From the human T2T-CHM13v2.0 reference genome, Homo sapiens, in the NCBI GenBank assembly GCA_009914755.4, contig CP068257.2, positions 30,720,001 through 30,784,000 of the forward strand: 64,000 nucleotides of DNA. Reading direction: 5' to 3'. A program made the position numbers and the translations under genes. Shown here piece after piece: positions 61,290 through 64,000 of the stretch (positions within the stretch are counted from its first letter, which is position 1; every line of letters starts with the position of its first letter). Under the pieces are notes generated by a model that saw only the letters and a list, made by a program, of their open reading frames with translations, ran no database searches and was not told the origin of the DNA.

Positions 61290-62960
61290 GGAGTACTAGG
61301 TGGTATCTAATGCCATCCACCCTTCCGGGATCTTTACGGCCCACCTCTGAGTGGGTCCCACGGGGACCCTCAGCCGCATTTTCTTTCTGCAGGCCTCCCT
61401 GCACACTCTGGGGCGTTCGCAGCTCTGGAGCCCGCGGGGCAGTGCGTCCGGCCCCGCCCTGGGCCTCATTATCTACGTTTCCGCGTCACGCCCGCCGCGA
61501 ACTTGGCAGGCCCTCCCGCCGGGTTCGGGAACACTGTGTGCCTAGCGCCCGCCCTCCTCCCTTCCGCCGGCCCCGCGCGATCCATAGGGTTTGGGTCGCT
61601 GGGCGCCAGGTACCCGCACCCGGCAAGCAGCCACGGAGCCCCTCGCGCACTTGTCCTCGATACCCTTGAGTTGGGGCTACGCAGGCCACTCCTAGGCCAC
61701 TGGCTGGGCGTCCGAACGTGGGTCACCCCGCGCACAGTCTAGAGGTTCAGAAAGATGCTGTGGCCCACTTTAAAACAAAGCCCAATTATTAGCGCTCGGC
61801 GGCTGTTTGCGCCGGTGCAGTGTCAGATCCCCCAGCGCTGCGGACAACCAGCACCCAAAGGAAGCCGAGCTGGAGCTAAAGATCCCGGCTCCGGAGCCAT
61901 CTGACCGGTTTTGAGACCTCCAGCTCGTCGCCGTCCTGGCTGCGAGAGCTTGGGCACGGCGCCGGGGCTCAGTCTCCTCTTCTGTGGAATGGCGATAACT
62001 GTATGTGCCGGGTGACTGCACGTGGCGCGCGGCGGGTGGCGGGGATGGCAGCGGTGCGATCCCACGCCTCCAGGACCCCACCTTCCTGCGGCCCCCGATC
62101 GGCCCCGCCCCGGGGGCGCCCCAGCTGCACGCGCGGCGCTGGCTCCAAAGTGCGTCACGGGCACCGGCCGCGCTCCTTCTGCCGCCAGGGCGAGGCTGGC
62201 ACCCGGCCAGCGCGGGCAGGGCCACGGGTGCCCGGCTGTTTCCCGGGTGTGGAAGGCGCTCAAGGTGCGCGGCCCGGGGCGCGCTACTGGGGGCGCCCTC
62301 CGCGGTGGGCAGCGCGCCAGGGATCGGCCTGGGCAGCCGCGGGGCGCGCGAAGGCTGCGCTTTCCCTACGGCCCCCCTCGCTTCCTCCGGCACGGCGGCA
62401 ACGGAGATTTCCTCTCGGGGAAACTACGCGGATCCTTTTCGGGGATCCTCGCCCCGCCCCAGTTCTCCGCCCCCTCCCCTTTGCTGGGGCGCCTGGGCTG
62501 GCCCGCGCAGGGGAGGAGGCTCTGGCAGCCTGGGCAGGGAGGCGGCGGGGGGCCGCGGAGCCGCTGGCCATCGATTCTCCCCGCCATGTGACGCCGTCCT
62601 TAGCCCTGCGACCCCCAGCGCGTCCCGGGCCTGCGCCTCCGCCCCGCCGCGCAGCGCACGATGCTTCTGCCGGGACGCGCACGCCAACCGCCGACGCCCC
62701 AGCCCGTGCAGCATCCCGGCCTCCGCCGGCAGGTAGAGCCGCCGGGGCAGCTCCTGCGCCTCTTCTACTGCACTGTCCTGGTCTGCTCCAAAGAGATCTC
62801 AGCGCTCACCGACTTCTCTGGTAAGAGCGCCCTCCCTGGCTGTGTGCCCCCGGCACCGCGGAGCGCCCAGGTGAACCCTCGACTGGGGGCAGCCGCACCA
62901 GTGGACACGGCGGGGTAGGATTAAAGTTGAGGCGTGCTCACAGACACTTGTCTGGTGTGA
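61290..62960. promoter_or_regulatory. EVA1C: CpG island: EVA1C promoter/5'UTR/exon 1
   Basis: Very high GC with dense CpG, GC-boxes (ccgcccc/ggggcgg) and no TATA. TSS not determinable from sequence. Overlapping 100-270-aa ORFs on both strands here are GC-content artefacts. Confidence 0.7.
62661..62820 (+). CDS. EVA1C: EVA1C coding exon 1 (ATG 62661; 53 codons + 1 nt; donor G|GTAAGAGCG at 62821)
   Basis: ATG in context cgcacgATGc inside a CpG island. Encodes MLLPGRARQPPTPQPVQHPGLRRQVEPPGQLLRLFYCTVLVCSKEISALTDFS(G) with hydrophobic core LLRLFYCTVLVCS, followed by a strong GTAAGA donor. Identity comes from the recalled EVA1C N-terminus and its position downstream of URB1 on chr21. Confidence 0.65.
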
Positions 62961-64000
62961 GCCCTTGGCATATAGATGGCTGCGAGTGAAGTGGCGACGG
63001 GGGACTGCCACTCCCAAGAAGGAAGGGTGTGTAATGTATTCAGAGTTTCTCGCCCTGCTGTTGACCTCGTCAATTTCCTAGCATTAGGGACCTGGTCCTG
63101 AGCCACGCTCGTTCTATGGAGGCTCCTTAAACTGAGCCCTGTGCCGCGCCCAGCGCTGTAAAATACACGTGTTGTGGTCGGAGGCGTTGCGCCGCGTTTG
63201 TCACCCGCGTAGCCCGTTTGCCCATGTAAGGAGACTAGCCCAGGGGACACTTGACCTCGAGTCCACATTGGCAGGTAGAAAGGGAAGCCCGCGGGGACTG
63301 GAGGTCTGGTGGAAAGGCAGTGAGGGATGAGGAGATACTTAGATAAGAGAGAGGAGCCTCTCTGCCAAAGTGTACCAGGGTCCTCCCTCTCCAATTCCAG
63401 TTTCCTTCACAGAAAATAATGACTTCCTACTCTCGAATAAACTAGGAGGCTTTTCTTTTTGGGAATCGTGATCCAGGCTCTCGCAGCGGATCTCAGATAG
63501 TTCTGAGCTTACAGGTGTGACGCCCCAAAGTGAAAGGGATTTCTAGGTTGACGATAGCCATAGGAGCACATGCTTAAGTTAGCGCTGCAGTTGCTTAAGG
63601 TAACACATGTCCTTGCCGCTGAAGCACACCTGGATCTCCCTCTGGCAAGGCTGGAGGCCTTCAGCCTTCCCCAGCCCAGCTTAGGGAGCAGCTCTGAGCC
63701 CCATACTCCTCCTTCTCCAGGGATCTTCTGCCAAGTTCAGGCTTTGCACAGTCGGTCCCTATCGGGTCCTCAGTGCAGAGTCTTTTGCAACATAATGGTG
63801 GTAAAGGGAGTCCTCCTCAGTCCTGTTTGTGCAGTAGGCTAGTACATAGCAAAGAACAAGGGCAAACCAGAAGTTGAGATGGGGTTCTAGTTTACTTACA
63901 GAGAATGTCATTGTTAGTGGAGAGCCCTTAGGTCAGAGGTTCTTTGCTTTGAATATGTAATATCAAGGCAGTATTCCTACCTAGCAAAGGAAGCCAAGAT

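Noticed and set aside
61770-62824. Several overlapping 130-270-aa ORFs on both strands (61770..62393 -, 62003..62824 +, 62005..62736 +, 62022..62591 +, 62284..62682 -)
   Set aside because: They lie in a CpG island of more than 75% GC where stop codons are rare, and they mutually overlap in all frames. Pro/Arg/Ala/Gly-rich translations are typical GC artefacts. Only 62661..62820 fits a real first coding exon with a donor site.

Overview
This window is human nuclear DNA, not prokaryotic or accessory-type sequence. It carries about 35 Alu SINEs with A-tails and target-site duplications (TSDs), L1 ORF2 remnants, two CpG islands and GT-AG introns. From memory of the protein N-termini and the chr21q22.11 gene order, it looks like the plus strand of URB1 -> URB1-AS1 -> EVA1C; I could not run BLAST to confirm.

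The minus strand carries the 5' half of a large multi-exon gene that I read as URB1 (nucleolar pre-ribosomal-associated protein 1). I hand-traced 19 coding exons (536..42758) with canonical AG/GT splice sites and perfect codon-phase continuity. Spliced, they give 2712 nt = 904 codons, beginning MGVPKRKASGGQDGAASSAGAAKRARKEELTGVRFKAQLKDPQGPGPGLEAFVSAAKK...

Exon 1 sits in a CpG island (about 42380-43460) that looks like a bidirectional promoter. Tandem GGAAG + GC-box units and a GC-rich plus-strand ORF there may mark a divergent lncRNA (URB1-AS1/C21orf119-like).

The 19-kb stretch from 43.5 to 61.3 kb is repeat-dense intergenic DNA. A second CpG island (about 61290-62960) contains a plus-strand first coding exon (62661..62820, MLLPGRARQPPTPQPVQHPGLRRQVEPPGQLLRLFYCTVLVCSKEISALTDFSG|gtaagag) that I recognise as EVA1C exon 1.

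No CRISPR, operon, tRNA/rRNA or defence-system-like structure is present, and the sequence does not support a novel biological system. What merits follow-up is structural detail: an L1 insertion with a twin-priming inversion, an inverted Alu pair hugging exon 9, a (GAAA)n microsatellite forming the polypyrimidine tract of exon 13's 3' splice site, a start-stop uORF upstream of the EVA1C ATG, and nested Alu-in-L1 insertions.
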